This document shows positions 38,596 through 48,868 of a DNA stretch of 55,209 nucleotides, one piece after another. Origin of the DNA: a virus (Duplodnaviria > Caudoviricetes); IMG/VR virus record IMGVR_UViG_3300049846_001695, positions 1 to 55,209 of that record, one strand, 5' to 3'. Below the pieces are notes generated by a model. The model was not told where the DNA came from. It ran no database searches and was given only the letters and a program-made list of their open reading frames with translations. The stretch's first letter is position 1. Each line of letters opens with the position of its first letter. The position numbers and the translations under genes are program-made.

Positions 38596-41500
38596 ATGGC
38601 AAAGCCAAGCAATTCTACAGAGCGCGAACTAATGCCGGGAGGAGAGGGCGACAACCAGCCTGATTCAAGGTTTAACCCCAAGGATTTAAAAATTGGGGTA
38701 CAGACAGAGCAAAAGGAACACGGCCTAGATCCCAAAAGAGCTAAAGAGGTTGCGAAAGATCATTTAGTTAACAACCCAAAGAATTACTCTATGAAACCAG
38801 AGGATATCTTGGGGTTCATAAAGACAGCGGAAACCTACTTTAATTCTCATACCGAACTAACGAAAGAAGAGTCATTAGAAAAAATGGCTCTTATTTACAG
38901 AAACGAGTCCAAACCAACATATGTTTGGGCCGTTAGAAATAGAGATGGAAGAGGGCCATATACAACGCGCGGCCCTAGCGGGAAGCGCGTTGATTGGGAT
39001 ATTAGTCATTTAAAAAACGACAAAAGACTCAATCCCTATTCATCTGCGTTAGATACGGTTAATCCACCCCCAAACAAGGATTTAGATGATGAAGACTGGA
39101 TCGCGTTTTCGGGCTCTCCAGATAGAGAGGAGGATATTTTTCTTGGTCAGAGCAAATATGATAGGCAGTTTAAGTTTGGCTTTGAAAGACCAGAACACGC
39201 TGTAGACTGGTTCGGTGAACAGGGGTTGCGCGATTTGGCATCACAGGGATTTAAATTGGTAAAACTACCAGCCATAGAAGTTAGACGTTCATCTTCTGGT
39301 CGCCAAATCATGTATAAACCACATAAACCAACAACGTTTCAACATATGGTAGCGGCATTTCCAGAATTAGATCAGGAAACACAAATCCAGTCGCCGCAAC
39401 CGGAGCCGACCGGACTTGAACCAGCGCAAGTCCGTCCAAATCAACTCGGTCATGGGCCAACATTTAAGAGTGAATTAAATAACGATGAACTAAAAAAGGG
39501 GATAATGGCCCCGCTTGTAGTGGGAACTGCGTTAGCTGTGTCTCAAATGACACCCAAGCTAAAAGATGCTTTTGACAGAGCTACTGCACCAGTAACTCAA
39601 CAACAAAAGCCAGTAGCTCCATTTAATCCTAAAACTTTGCATCCAGATATGCACGGTATCGCCTTCCTCGAAAGCTCTTACGGGAAGAGAATGAATCATG
39701 CGGCACATTCTGGAGGAGAATTTGAAACTGCCTACGGACCTCTTGGGTTTAAGCCCTCTACGGCATTTGATGAATTTACAAAGGCAAAGCACTTAACCGA
39801 CATTTATCCACATCTAAAGGATAAGGATAAGTTTCTTGAGGAGTTTAAAAAGAACCCCGACTTCTACAATCTAGTTGCAGGAACACACTGGAACAGATTG
39901 AAGCAAGTAACTGGTTCTGTAAAGAATGCTTCATTTGCTTGGACTCATGGCCTCGGGGCATACAGAAAAGCCACGCCAGCTATTGTTGATAATGATGAAT
40001 ACGTCAACAAATATTCAAAGGTGTCAGAGTCAAAGCCTTGGGCCGCAAAGATGCAGAAGTCGGAATCGTTTAAAAAGTGGAAAGTGGGAGCAAAAACCGT
40101 AAAGGGTTCTCACGTCACTGATTTTGACTACAACCATATGCTTGAGCCCGCGCACCTTAACGGTGGATACTCCGTTAAAATAAATGAGGCAAGGCTACCC
40201 GGCTCGGATGATATTGAAATCGTAGCAAACCTTCAGCACCCAGTAAGCAGGACTCCGGTTGGCTGGGTTGGTGGCGCTATTTCAAAGTTAAATACTGGTA
40301 ATAAGCTTTTTATAGAAAACGCAACAATAAGTGCCCCCCACCGAGGCAGGGGATTTGGAAAGAAGCTTTATGAGGTTCTACTAGCCCACGCCCATAACCA
40401 CCATAACGTTATAGACGCAATTGGTGGAGTGCATTCATCTATGGCTCGCCGCGCCCATGATTCAATCAAAAGAGATTACGAAACAGGATATGAGCCAGAA
40501 AAGAATGTTGGAAAGGACTCTTTTTATTATCCAGATGAAGAGTCATGGGCTGCGACACCAGATGACGCATATGATGAAAAGTGGGGTAAGTACAGACTAA
40601 CACTCAAGATCGAAAACAATCTCTCAAAGGCTTTAAAAGAGTATGAAATGCAAGGGATTGTTGGTAGCGACGCGGCCCGTAAAGCATCGGGTTCTTCTAT
40701 TTCAAAGGTAGATCATTCGTTAATTCCAGAAACGCCACACAAAGAAAATAAACAACACTTCGAACAGCATGTAAACAAGCCTGAACACACACCACCTGTC
40801 TGGAACAGCTTAAACGCCGATCCGTTCGACAAGAAAGAGGATTACGAGCTTGGTGGAGCCGAGAAAATGGTTTTCAACATAGATAATCATAAATATCTTG
40901 TGAAATCTGGAGAAGATGCGTTTGTTGAATCAGCTTGCCAAGGCGTTTACCACGCCGCTGGTCTTGGGCATTTAATGCAACAATCTCATGTTTCTCATAT
41001 ACCCACCCTAAACGATCCACAAAAGAAGGTTCCTGCTTGCGTTATCAAATTGGATCCTAACGCATCTCTATTCATGGAATATAGAGACAGCAAACAAAGA
41101 GACTTCTCTCAACCAATTCACGCCCACAAGACAATAGAGCACTTAAGCAAGAGTGATTACGTTAAAAATCAGGCGCGTCAGTTGGTTTTGATGGATTATC
41201 TATTGGCGAACCACGATAGGCACGGTGAGAACCTAATGATCAAAAAAGATAAAAGTGGCCGTAAGCACGACCTCTTATCCATTGACCACGGCTACAGCCT
41301 AGACTATGATTCATACGCAGAAAAACTGTCTGAATACGTCTACCATACCCCATTCGCCAATATATTGTATGGTTCCGGTCCAATAAATCCAGATAAAAAA
41401 GATTACGAAGCATGGGAAAGCGCCCTAGAACCTATCGTTAAGAATAAAGCTCAAATATCTGCCGCCTTCTATAATCACCTAAGCGCATTACAAGATCCTG

Positions 41501-41622
41501 TTCAGAGAAAGCAATTCTCTGGTAGCTTTGATGTTAGACTAAGGGGTATCGAATCTCTATACAAAAAGTTAAGAGATGGTACAATAGACCAAAAACAGCA
41601 TTTTCTACACAACTATTTATGA
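38596..41622 (+). CDS. polyvalent protein: DUF5661-like + unknown domain + lytic transglycosylase-like + GNAT + PI3/4-kinase/HipA-like
   Basis: KEH....AKEVAKDHL; GIAFLESS..AYGPLGF.P.TA; HRGRGFGKKLY; MDYLLANHDRHGEN..IDHG. Confidence 0.8.
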   Translation: MAKPSNSTERELMPGGEGDNQPDSRFNPKDLKIGVQTEQKEHGLDPKRAKEVAKDHLVNNPKNYSMKPEDILGFIKTAETYFNSHTELTKEESLEKMALIYRNESKPTYVWAVRNRDGRGPYTTRGPSGKRVDWDISHLKNDKRLNPYSSALDTVNPPPNKDLDDEDWIAFSGSPDREEDIFLGQSKYDRQFKFGFERPEHAVDWFGEQGLRDLASQGFKLVKLPAIEVRRSSSGRQIMYKPHKPTTFQHMVAAFPELDQETQIQSPQPEPTGLEPAQVRPNQLGHGPTFKSELNNDELKKGIMAPLVVGTALAVSQMTPKLKDAFDRATAPVTQQQKPVAPFNPKTLHPDMHGIAFLESSYGKRMNHAAHSGGEFETAYGPLGFKPSTAFDEFTKAKHLTDIYPHLKDKDKFLEEFKKNPDFYNLVAGTHWNRLKQVTGSVKNASFAWTHGLGAYRKATPAIVDNDEYVNKYSKVSESKPWAAKMQKSESFKKWKVGAKTVKGSHVTDFDYNHMLEPAHLNGGYSVKINEARLPGSDDIEIVANLQHPVSRTPVGWVGGAISKLNTGNKLFIENATISAPHRGRGFGKKLYEVLLAHAHNHHNVIDAIGGVHSSMARRAHDSIKRDYETGYEPEKNVGKDSFYYPDEESWAATPDDAYDEKWGKYRLTLKIENNLSKALKEYEMQGIVGSDAARKASGSSISKVDHSLIPETPHKENKQHFEQHVNKPEHTPPVWNSLNADPFDKKEDYELGGAEKMVFNIDNHKYLVKSGEDAFVESACQGVYHAAGLGHLMQQSHVSHIPTLNDPQKKVPACVIKLDPNASLFMEYRDSKQRDFSQPIHAHKTIEHLSKSDYVKNQARQLVLMDYLLANHDRHGENLMIKKDKSGRKHDLLSIDHGYSLDYDSYAEKLSEYVYHTPFANILYGSGPINPDKKDYEAWESALEPIVKNKAQISAAFYNHLSALQDPVQRKQFSGSFDVRLRGIESLYKKLRDGTIDQKQHFLHNYL

Positions 41623-41813
41623 TAAAAATTAGAGTTACCCATTTAACTAATCACGAAGCGCCAGAAACAATCGCTGCACCAGATGAAGATGCCCTGCGCC
41701 ATATTTTAATAGATAAGTATTCAAGCCTGAGAAAAAAAGGTTTCGAAACCGCATCAGAGATGATAAAGTATCTAAATAAGTCTCAGTTTATTCATATTGA
41801 AAGGATACCATGA
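41619..41813 (+). CDS. small hypothetical protein (similar to the N-terminus of 50623..51684)
   Basis: 64 aa, ATGA overlaps. Confidence 0.65.
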   Translation: MIKIRVTHLTNHEAPETIAAPDEDALRHILIDKYSSLRKKGFETASEMIKYLNKSQFIHIERIP

Positions 41814-42037
41814 AGCCAATTATATACATTTACATAGCGGAAAATGGGGAAAAACGAACGTTGGTTAATACCGATAACGAATGGTTCATAGACGGGAACA
41901 AGGCCACTGAGCGGGAGGTAGCGGCAATCTTTAAAATGGCTCAACAGGGCCACGGCACCATTTCCGGTGGTTCAAAGCATAAGGTGCTTCATATCCCTGA
42001 AAATGAGCTAATGTCTAAATGGATTTACGGTGATTAA
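41810..42037 (+). CDS. small hypothetical protein
   Basis: 75 aa, AGGA SD, ATGA overlap. Confidence 0.65.
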   Translation: MKPIIYIYIAENGEKRTLVNTDNEWFIDGNKATEREVAAIFKMAQQGHGTISGGSKHKVLHIPENELMSKWIYGD

Positions 42038-42040
42038 CCT

Positions 42041-45000
42041 ATGCCAGATAACAAGCAAACCCCACCAGCCGAGCCAGCGGAATTTCTACCTCAGTCTGTG
42101 CCCACAGAGGATGATGTACAAACTCAGTCACTAAAGACGCTATTCGGCTCTACGGAAGGTGAACCTGCCCCCATCGAACAACCCCCGGTTTATGACGAAA
42201 TCTTAACGTCCATCCCCAAGCCCTCGGTCCTTGCTAAGAAGTTGGAAAAATTCAAGGACAGTAATAAAAGGCTGTTAATCAGACTTGGGCAGAATTCCAA
42301 TGTTGATAGCGTAACAGAAAACGGAAGCAACTCACCTTCTGGGATGCTTGATAGCCACAGGACTCGTTATAAAAACATAGATTACGATTTTTCAGACTTC
42401 CACCTCCACCCTAAAAGCTCTAAATTTCTACACGATTTTCTTGACAATTCGGTTAGTCACCACGAGCTTTTTCTAAAACCAAAGACACTGGATTCTTTTG
42501 AAAAAATAGTAGATTTTAAGTTAAAGGTGAAAGATAAGGACTTGGAGTCCACTTATGACCCCGTGTACGATAAAGAAGCTTTTCAGCAATACTCGTACAA
42601 TCTAGCCGATTTTTTTGAGGCGGCAGATAAGAATTCCCCGCTACACAATTTAGTGGAAAAAGAAATAGCTCCCAAAAAGCTATTTTTCAATTCTCAAAAT
42701 AGGAATGCGGTAATTGACTTCGTAAACAAAAGTTCGCACCCATCTTTTTTGGCTGCATCTATCTTCCACAAGAACGTAGGTGGATTAAATAGATATGCCA
42801 AAAGTTTAAATGTAGATTGGCCAGAAGTTTTTGAACATATGTTCTTTACTAAAGAACTAGACAAAGATTATTACGAATACACTAGCTACGATAATCAGAT
42901 CGACGACTTCCTTAAAGACAACCCGCAGGCAGAGGAAGACATAAAACAGGCTTCAAATTTTGATGTTAATGAAGACTCAACAAGTCTTCAAAAGACGTTG
43001 TATGTTTTGCAAAATATTGATGGCGATAAGTTCCAAAACATACTTAGCAAGAAAAAAGAGCTAAGATCTCTGTTTACAGATAATGAAGTCGGTGAATTTT
43101 ACGCTTCCCCACGCAGATTGATTATTGAGAAATTCTCTTCACAGAACCCTGTCGATGACGAACAACACATTGTTGATGCGAACGCACTCATACAAACGGG
43201 GATTATGCCGATATTTAATCTCGTTAGAGCGGTCGGTGCATTGACGGAGAGGGGCCCGGTCCAATACGTCATCGGCCCTCTTGATGATAAGGTCATTACA
43301 GATCATTTCTTAGATCCAAACTACAACTCTGGGTCTTTGTCGGATGGCATATACGTTAACGGGTTTTTATTGAGCAGACTTCACGATCAAAATAAGCCAG
43401 CGTTTATAGATTTAATGAATAGTCCAGAGGTGGGCAGCAATTCTGTTTTTGAAGCACTAAGTCGCACTATTGGAATTGCGGGCGATCATGGTTATTACGG
43501 TTACAAAACCTATCCGCTAGAAAGAAAACAAGCTTTCGATCTGTTTGATACATCTATAAATCACTTAGGCAAAGATCAACTTAGAAGGCTTGTGTACTTC
43601 AGTCACATACCTTCAACTGTCAGATTCATAACTAACAAAAACGCTGAAACAAAGCCGATGACGGTTGAAGAAAATAAGAGTAACACTGAAAACACCCTAG
43701 TCAAAATGGCGGAAGCAAACCCCTCTGTTTTCTTGAAGGGAGATAATAACGTATACGGAGAACTTGAACATCGAGGAATGCCCGATGTTGGATCTCGCGT
43801 CTATCAAAGAATTCTGTCCATGCCACCAGACCAGCTTTTCCATAATCCGATGTTTGAATTTTCGCCGGGGTCTGTTGGGGCCAATATGTTGGACTACATA
43901 GACGTACTTGAGCAAAGAAAAATAGCGACTCTTCCTCGCCAACACATAGATTTCCTAGTTAAAAAGGCTACAGAAGTAGAAGTCCCGCAAGATGCATTTC
44001 CAAGCGAAATATTGTCTGCGATAGTTCGAATACTAGAAACATCCGCAACGCTAAAGAACTTCGATAGTGAGGCTCATGGCCATCCGCTTGTCAATAAGGC
44101 GCTTCAGGCCTTTGATGAAATACATCACAGATCCTCTATTTCACTGGCTTTGTCTGATTTTTATAAGTCGCTAAGTGAACCAGCAATGAAACAGTTTAAG
44201 GAGCCCGTAGACAAGTTTCTCGAAGGGTTCATGGGCAGAATGCTGGATGGAATCATAAAAGACGCCGCAGCAAATAATTTCTACACACCAGATCGCGCCC
44301 CACACCAAAACAAACCGTTTGCCGGAAATCCAGTTTTGTCAGCAAAATACTACGACGCACTTGTTCAAAAATACCTTGAACACGACAATCTTGGCCCGCC
44401 AGATTCTCAAATACAGAAATATATATCGGCGGCAACAATGTCTTCATATGGACAAGCTTATTCTGACGATATCGTCTTAAACGCAGAAAAAAGCACCGCT
44501 CCAGATTTGTTTTTATTCCAAAAGACTCCAGTAATGAGGATTCCTAGTCAGCTAGCTGTATTTAGCGATAACGCTAAGGCAAGTGTGGTAAAATTCTTGC
44601 TATCTAAGAAGAATAAAAACGTTATTTGGAGAATTAGCGCAAATGATGTTTCTTCTCATCAACAGTTCGTAAAGAAGAACGTTATATTCCCGGCCCTAGG
44701 CGCGAAGTTTTTTGAGCCAATTTTTGAAAATTATACTTCAGCCTTCCCCACTGTCGAGGAGCAGTTAAGAAGCATAGGCTATGTTTCGGAGGCTATGGAA
44801 ACACCCCCAAAGGAAATTTCTGTTGGTGGTGCCGGTAATATATCAAAAAGATTCTTGATTGAATTAATGAATAAATTCCCCGAATCCAAGATTACGGTTT
44901 CGGATTGGAACGCTCAATTCCACAGCGAAATAAATATAAACGATGAAAATGATTCTGTTTCGTTTGAGGATCTCACAAGGATATTTAGGGCTAATCCCCC

Positions 45001-47608
45001 AAAGGCAATTGAAGTTCCCGAAGCACTTTCGTATACCAATAGAAAGGAGTTTAGAGTCAATGAAGCTTCGTTAGCTCTAGTAAAGCGAATTTATGATCAG
45101 CTAGAGAAAACTCCAGAATTGGTATCAAACGATGTAATTTTCAACAATTTACGCGCCGCATTCAGTGGCCTCGATTTTACAGACTTCCCATTCCATAGGC
45201 TTTTTAGCGTTCCGGGCGGCTCCCGCCGCACGAGGCCCGAGTTGGGCTCGAAGGAAGAGTTTGTAAAATTGGGGACTAGATTCGCTGGCGTCGATTTTTT
45301 GAAGAATGTATTAAGGACAGAAGATGACTACGAAGTTTCGACTCTCCCATATCACATTTTTGAGCCATATCTTCCGCAATTAAAAAGCCTTGTAGATGAA
45401 ACTAAATTCTTCCCGTCTGAGGGGTGGTCGGCTTCATCTTTGGCTGGGCTAAACAACCTGCTTTCAATAATGAATAAAGAGGTTTATAACAAGAAAGAAA
45501 GTAGCGTTTTTTCTTACGATTTCCTTGATTACGCAATAAATAAGATGGCTATAGATGTAGTTGGAGAAAGCCATGAACACTACATTGAAAATAAGGATAC
45601 TTTGATAGTAAATCCAAAAAATATCCACAATGTATTGTCTCGCCTTTTTGTTAAAAAATATCTTCGCCCAGAATCTTCATTTGATTCGCTACCAAAACAG
45701 CCGGATGTCAGAAGGCTTGTTGCAGCCTCAATGTTTGAAAACTTTGATTCTCTTCAGATTGAAAGCTTTTGCTCAGACGGGGAAGAAAATAAAGCAAAGG
45801 TAGGGGAGGTACTATCCTCTCTCTTAGATGAAAACGGTGAAATAAACTTTAGCAATTTAGATGTAGAAAGATTTATAAAAAATCGCGTATATAGATACTA
45901 CAACAGTTTCCTGTCTGGGCTGATTAGTTCTGTATATGCCGATGCCCCGGCTGAAAAAGTAGACAAGGCGTTTGACACTCTTTTTAGAGAGAGCAGGCAT
46001 GACATGAGTTCATTTATGACTGATTTCTCTACTGATTCATCAAAATACCACAGCGCGTTTTTGAGGTTCGCTGGCAAATTCTTGAATACTTTCTTTACGG
46101 ATGACAAAGCTCTTGAGTTAAATATAAGATCGTTTGAGGACGCAGCCGGTACTCTTATCCGTCGCATGTTTGAAAGCGATGGTCATTTTCAAACGTATGC
46201 CGATGAAATTTACTACAATTCTCCTAAAACGCTTATAGATCAATTAAACCATCAGTTTGCCGGTCTGTTTGATGGGGGCGGAGAAATTGACCCATTAAAG
46301 AAAGCCAGAAGAACTGCCATTAAGAGCGCCTTTATTGAAATTTTCAATAAACAGAAAGGGCATTTTAATGCTTATTTAGATGAAATGCAGAAAGCCCTTA
46401 TTGAGATTTCTAAGAAAACCAAGATACCATTCGGTATTTTTAACGATTTGTCTTCAAAAGACTTTGAAGATTTAGAATCAGAAGAAACAAAGAATATCAT
46501 AAAGGATTACCTTAAGTTTCAAGAGGGGCTCATTTCGTCTATTAAAACCATTGGTGAAATTAAACAACTACATCCATCTATCATTCTCAAGAATCTGCAC
46601 CTTTTTGGATTACACGATTTTAGTGAGTTCTTACAGGACGCTAGTAACACAAATTTGAAATCCAAGATCGATCCAAACCTTCTGAAGTTTGATTATTTGG
46701 ACCCCGACAAAGCCAGCGACTATAACCTAATAATTCCTCTTGCTTCAACTTATGGTAATTGGCTTTCCGAAGTAGAGAAAAGTGATTTACCTCGCGCAAA
46801 CAAAATGAGGTACGGTGTCAAGCAGATTAGGCTTATCTGGGACGGGTTTTATCAAGCTTATACCCAAAAAGTTAAGCCTTCTCACTTCGCTAAGGTCAAA
46901 AGTGCGTTTATGACAAACGATGCTCCAGTGTCGTTTGCTCATAGAAACAAAGTTCAGCCATCTACAGATCAAAGGTTTGATGGGGAATATATGAGATTCT
47001 TGACAAAGGTTTCTCAAGAGGTTTTAAGGAAGTTTATTGAAACCGAGTCTTATAAGAAACATTGGCCAGATTTTAACGAAAAAAGAATACAGCGAGATGC
47101 TAACGGAGAGCTTGTTTTTATATTAAACCGAGGTGTTTCTGGAGATTTTGCGTACCAGCTTTTGCAGAGTATGGGACATATAAGTCAAACCGGAGATCTA
47201 CTTGATCACAAAGATATAGAGGGTAACTTGGTTACGGTGTCTGAACTTCCGTTCTCTAGTTACGCTCACAGTTTTGGTGCTTCAGCGCCCTTCGCCAACA
47301 GAAGAGATATGAGAAGGGCCGATGGATCTAGGCAGCATATGTCTGGGGTTGTGTTTTCTCAAAAAATCCCAATAAGCAGGATTTTGTTATGCGAGGTTTT
47401 GGGGCTTGGACCGGGGTTTTCTCATACGCACATTACTGAAAGAGAATGGCTCATCCTAAACCCACTAGAGCAGCTAGTGCTTAAACCAGAGGACGTTATG
47501 TCTTATTCTTTGAATGGAACCGTAAAATTCAATGAAAAACACGATCTATTCAATGAGACTCAACGCGGAGGCCACCTATATGGCGGCGAGCTTGGTGGAG
47601 AAGATTAA
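42041..47608 (+). CDS. giant protein (1855 aa) with putative C-terminal ADP-ribosyltransferase domain
   Basis: C-terminal LNRG...FSSY...EREW (R-S-ExE order); the rest is predicted mostly helical and unassigned. Confidence 0.65.
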   Translation: MPDNKQTPPAEPAEFLPQSVPTEDDVQTQSLKTLFGSTEGEPAPIEQPPVYDEILTSIPKPSVLAKKLEKFKDSNKRLLIRLGQNSNVDSVTENGSNSPSGMLDSHRTRYKNIDYDFSDFHLHPKSSKFLHDFLDNSVSHHELFLKPKTLDSFEKIVDFKLKVKDKDLESTYDPVYDKEAFQQYSYNLADFFEAADKNSPLHNLVEKEIAPKKLFFNSQNRNAVIDFVNKSSHPSFLAASIFHKNVGGLNRYAKSLNVDWPEVFEHMFFTKELDKDYYEYTSYDNQIDDFLKDNPQAEEDIKQASNFDVNEDSTSLQKTLYVLQNIDGDKFQNILSKKKELRSLFTDNEVGEFYASPRRLIIEKFSSQNPVDDEQHIVDANALIQTGIMPIFNLVRAVGALTERGPVQYVIGPLDDKVITDHFLDPNYNSGSLSDGIYVNGFLLSRLHDQNKPAFIDLMNSPEVGSNSVFEALSRTIGIAGDHGYYGYKTYPLERKQAFDLFDTSINHLGKDQLRRLVYFSHIPSTVRFITNKNAETKPMTVEENKSNTENTLVKMAEANPSVFLKGDNNVYGELEHRGMPDVGSRVYQRILSMPPDQLFHNPMFEFSPGSVGANMLDYIDVLEQRKIATLPRQHIDFLVKKATEVEVPQDAFPSEILSAIVRILETSATLKNFDSEAHGHPLVNKALQAFDEIHHRSSISLALSDFYKSLSEPAMKQFKEPVDKFLEGFMGRMLDGIIKDAAANNFYTPDRAPHQNKPFAGNPVLSAKYYDALVQKYLEHDNLGPPDSQIQKYISAATMSSYGQAYSDDIVLNAEKSTAPDLFLFQKTPVMRIPSQLAVFSDNAKASVVKFLLSKKNKNVIWRISANDVSSHQQFVKKNVIFPALGAKFFEPIFENYTSAFPTVEEQLRSIGYVSEAMETPPKEISVGGAGNISKRFLIELMNKFPESKITVSDWNAQFHSEININDENDSVSFEDLTRIFRANPPKAIEVPEALSYTNRKEFRVNEASLALVKRIYDQLEKTPELVSNDVIFNNLRAAFSGLDFTDFPFHRLFSVPGGSRRTRPELGSKEEFVKLGTRFAGVDFLKNVLRTEDDYEVSTLPYHIFEPYLPQLKSLVDETKFFPSEGWSASSLAGLNNLLSIMNKEVYNKKESSVFSYDFLDYAINKMAIDVVGESHEHYIENKDTLIVNPKNIHNVLSRLFVKKYLRPESSFDSLPKQPDVRRLVAASMFENFDSLQIESFCSDGEENKAKVGEVLSSLLDENGEINFSNLDVERFIKNRVYRYYNSFLSGLISSVYADAPAEKVDKAFDTLFRESRHDMSSFMTDFSTDSSKYHSAFLRFAGKFLNTFFTDDKALELNIRSFEDAAGTLIRRMFESDGHFQTYADEIYYNSPKTLIDQLNHQFAGLFDGGGEIDPLKKARRTAIKSAFIEIFNKQKGHFNAYLDEMQKALIEISKKTKIPFGIFNDLSSKDFEDLESEETKNIIKDYLKFQEGLISSIKTIGEIKQLHPSIILKNLHLFGLHDFSEFLQDASNTNLKSKIDPNLLKFDYLDPDKASDYNLIIPLASTYGNWLSEVEKSDLPRANKMRYGVKQIRLIWDGFYQAYTQKVKPSHFAKVKSAFMTNDAPVSFAHRNKVQPSTDQRFDGEYMRFLTKVSQEVLRKFIETESYKKHWPDFNEKRIQRDANGELVFILNRGVSGDFAYQLLQSMGHISQTGDLLDHKDIEGNLVTVSELPFSSYAHSFGASAPFANRRDMRRADGSRQHMSGVVFSQKIPISRILLCEVLGLGPGFSHTHITEREWLILNPLEQLVLKPEDVMSYSLNGTVKFNEKHDLFNETQRGGHLYGGELGGED

Positions 47609-48867
47609 TGTTTTCTGAGATTTTTGATAAAGTTGAGAAAAAGTACGGGTTTAAGGCTAGACACAATCTGGCTGTAAATATGTACAACGCAATTCCTCAA
47701 CAATTTAAGCACGTTGTTGAAGACTTTGGACAAACACAGAAAACAGACCCCCGCTTTTGGCATGAATCGCGCTTAAACGCAATCCATTCATATCTAACAG
47801 ACCCATCTGTTCAGAAGAAGTTTCATTACGCTAAGGGACACATTTCTCAGCAGGAGCTTGAAACGCCGGAAGATAGGCCAACAAACGTTACTCATGTTTC
47901 GTATCTGGAAAACATGGGTAAGGCAATGCATTTTTTGCACTCATTGTCTACCAAGATAGACCCTAAATGGCTTAAGGGGCCGGTTCTACATAAGACGGAA
48001 GAAGAGTTTAGCGTTTCGGTAGATGACGCTATTAACATCTATTATTCTATTGGGGAATATGCTGAAAAATACTCCCCGGAGTTTGAGGCCGCACAGGTCT
48101 TGGCAGATGGGTATATTCCTTCCGACGATGAGGTTTTAGATGCTGTCAAGCAACACGAGGGCGACCTCGTTTCTATAGCTCTTATGGCCCACGGTCTTGA
48201 AGTAAATAGCGAAAACAAAGAAAAGCTAAAGGAGATGTGCGTTCTCAAGAAAACCACCCACTTTAAGGGCTTTCAGAAATTGGGGGTAGAAAATAGAAGA
48301 GAAACTCCGATCGTTGGTGGACAAGCCCTAGAGAATAAAAAGAAACTTCTAGTTGCTGGGGTAGAAAGAGAGCTAGGGCAGAAAGTCCCTCCCAAGGTTA
48401 AGCAGTCCGCAATGAAACAGAAATTCGGCGCTTCTTCTAGAAACCCCAATATTGCGGTTTCCTATGTTTCTGCAACCCCTCCTCAAACAACCGCAGGTAA
48501 AGATCCTAAAACGGTTATAGCCACAAAGGAGCACGAGGATTTTCATCAAACTTTAAGGATGGTTTCTAGAAAATACGGGCCGGAAGTTAAAAACGACATT
48601 TTAAACAAGATATGGGACACAATGCCAAAAGAAGGCAGAGATGCGCTATCTATATTCCTATCATCTAGAGTCGGAGTTAATGTAAAAACTCCAGAACAGG
48701 CCAAAGAAGAAGCAATGGCGTATGTTTTTAACTACCTCAATTCCCCCGGCGAAAGACAGTCGTTCCACAAACTGCACGGTCACAAAGATCCGAGGTTTAA
48801 CCTCAAGATGAAAATGGCTTTTAGGCATATACAAGAAGTCGCCAATAAGATAAAATTGAGAGGATAA
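47608..48867 (+). CDS. multidomain protein with C-terminal zincin-like metallopeptidase motif
   Basis: HEDFH followed downstream by EEAMA. Confidence 0.6.
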   Translation: MFSEIFDKVEKKYGFKARHNLAVNMYNAIPQQFKHVVEDFGQTQKTDPRFWHESRLNAIHSYLTDPSVQKKFHYAKGHISQQELETPEDRPTNVTHVSYLENMGKAMHFLHSLSTKIDPKWLKGPVLHKTEEEFSVSVDDAINIYYSIGEYAEKYSPEFEAAQVLADGYIPSDDEVLDAVKQHEGDLVSIALMAHGLEVNSENKEKLKEMCVLKKTTHFKGFQKLGVENRRETPIVGGQALENKKKLLVAGVERELGQKVPPKVKQSAMKQKFGASSRNPNIAVSYVSATPPQTTAGKDPKTVIATKEHEDFHQTLRMVSRKYGPEVKNDILNKIWDTMPKEGRDALSIFLSSRVGVNVKTPEQAKEEAMAYVFNYLNSPGERQSFHKLHGHKDPRFNLKMKMAFRHIQEVANKIKLRG

Positions 48868-48868
48868 G

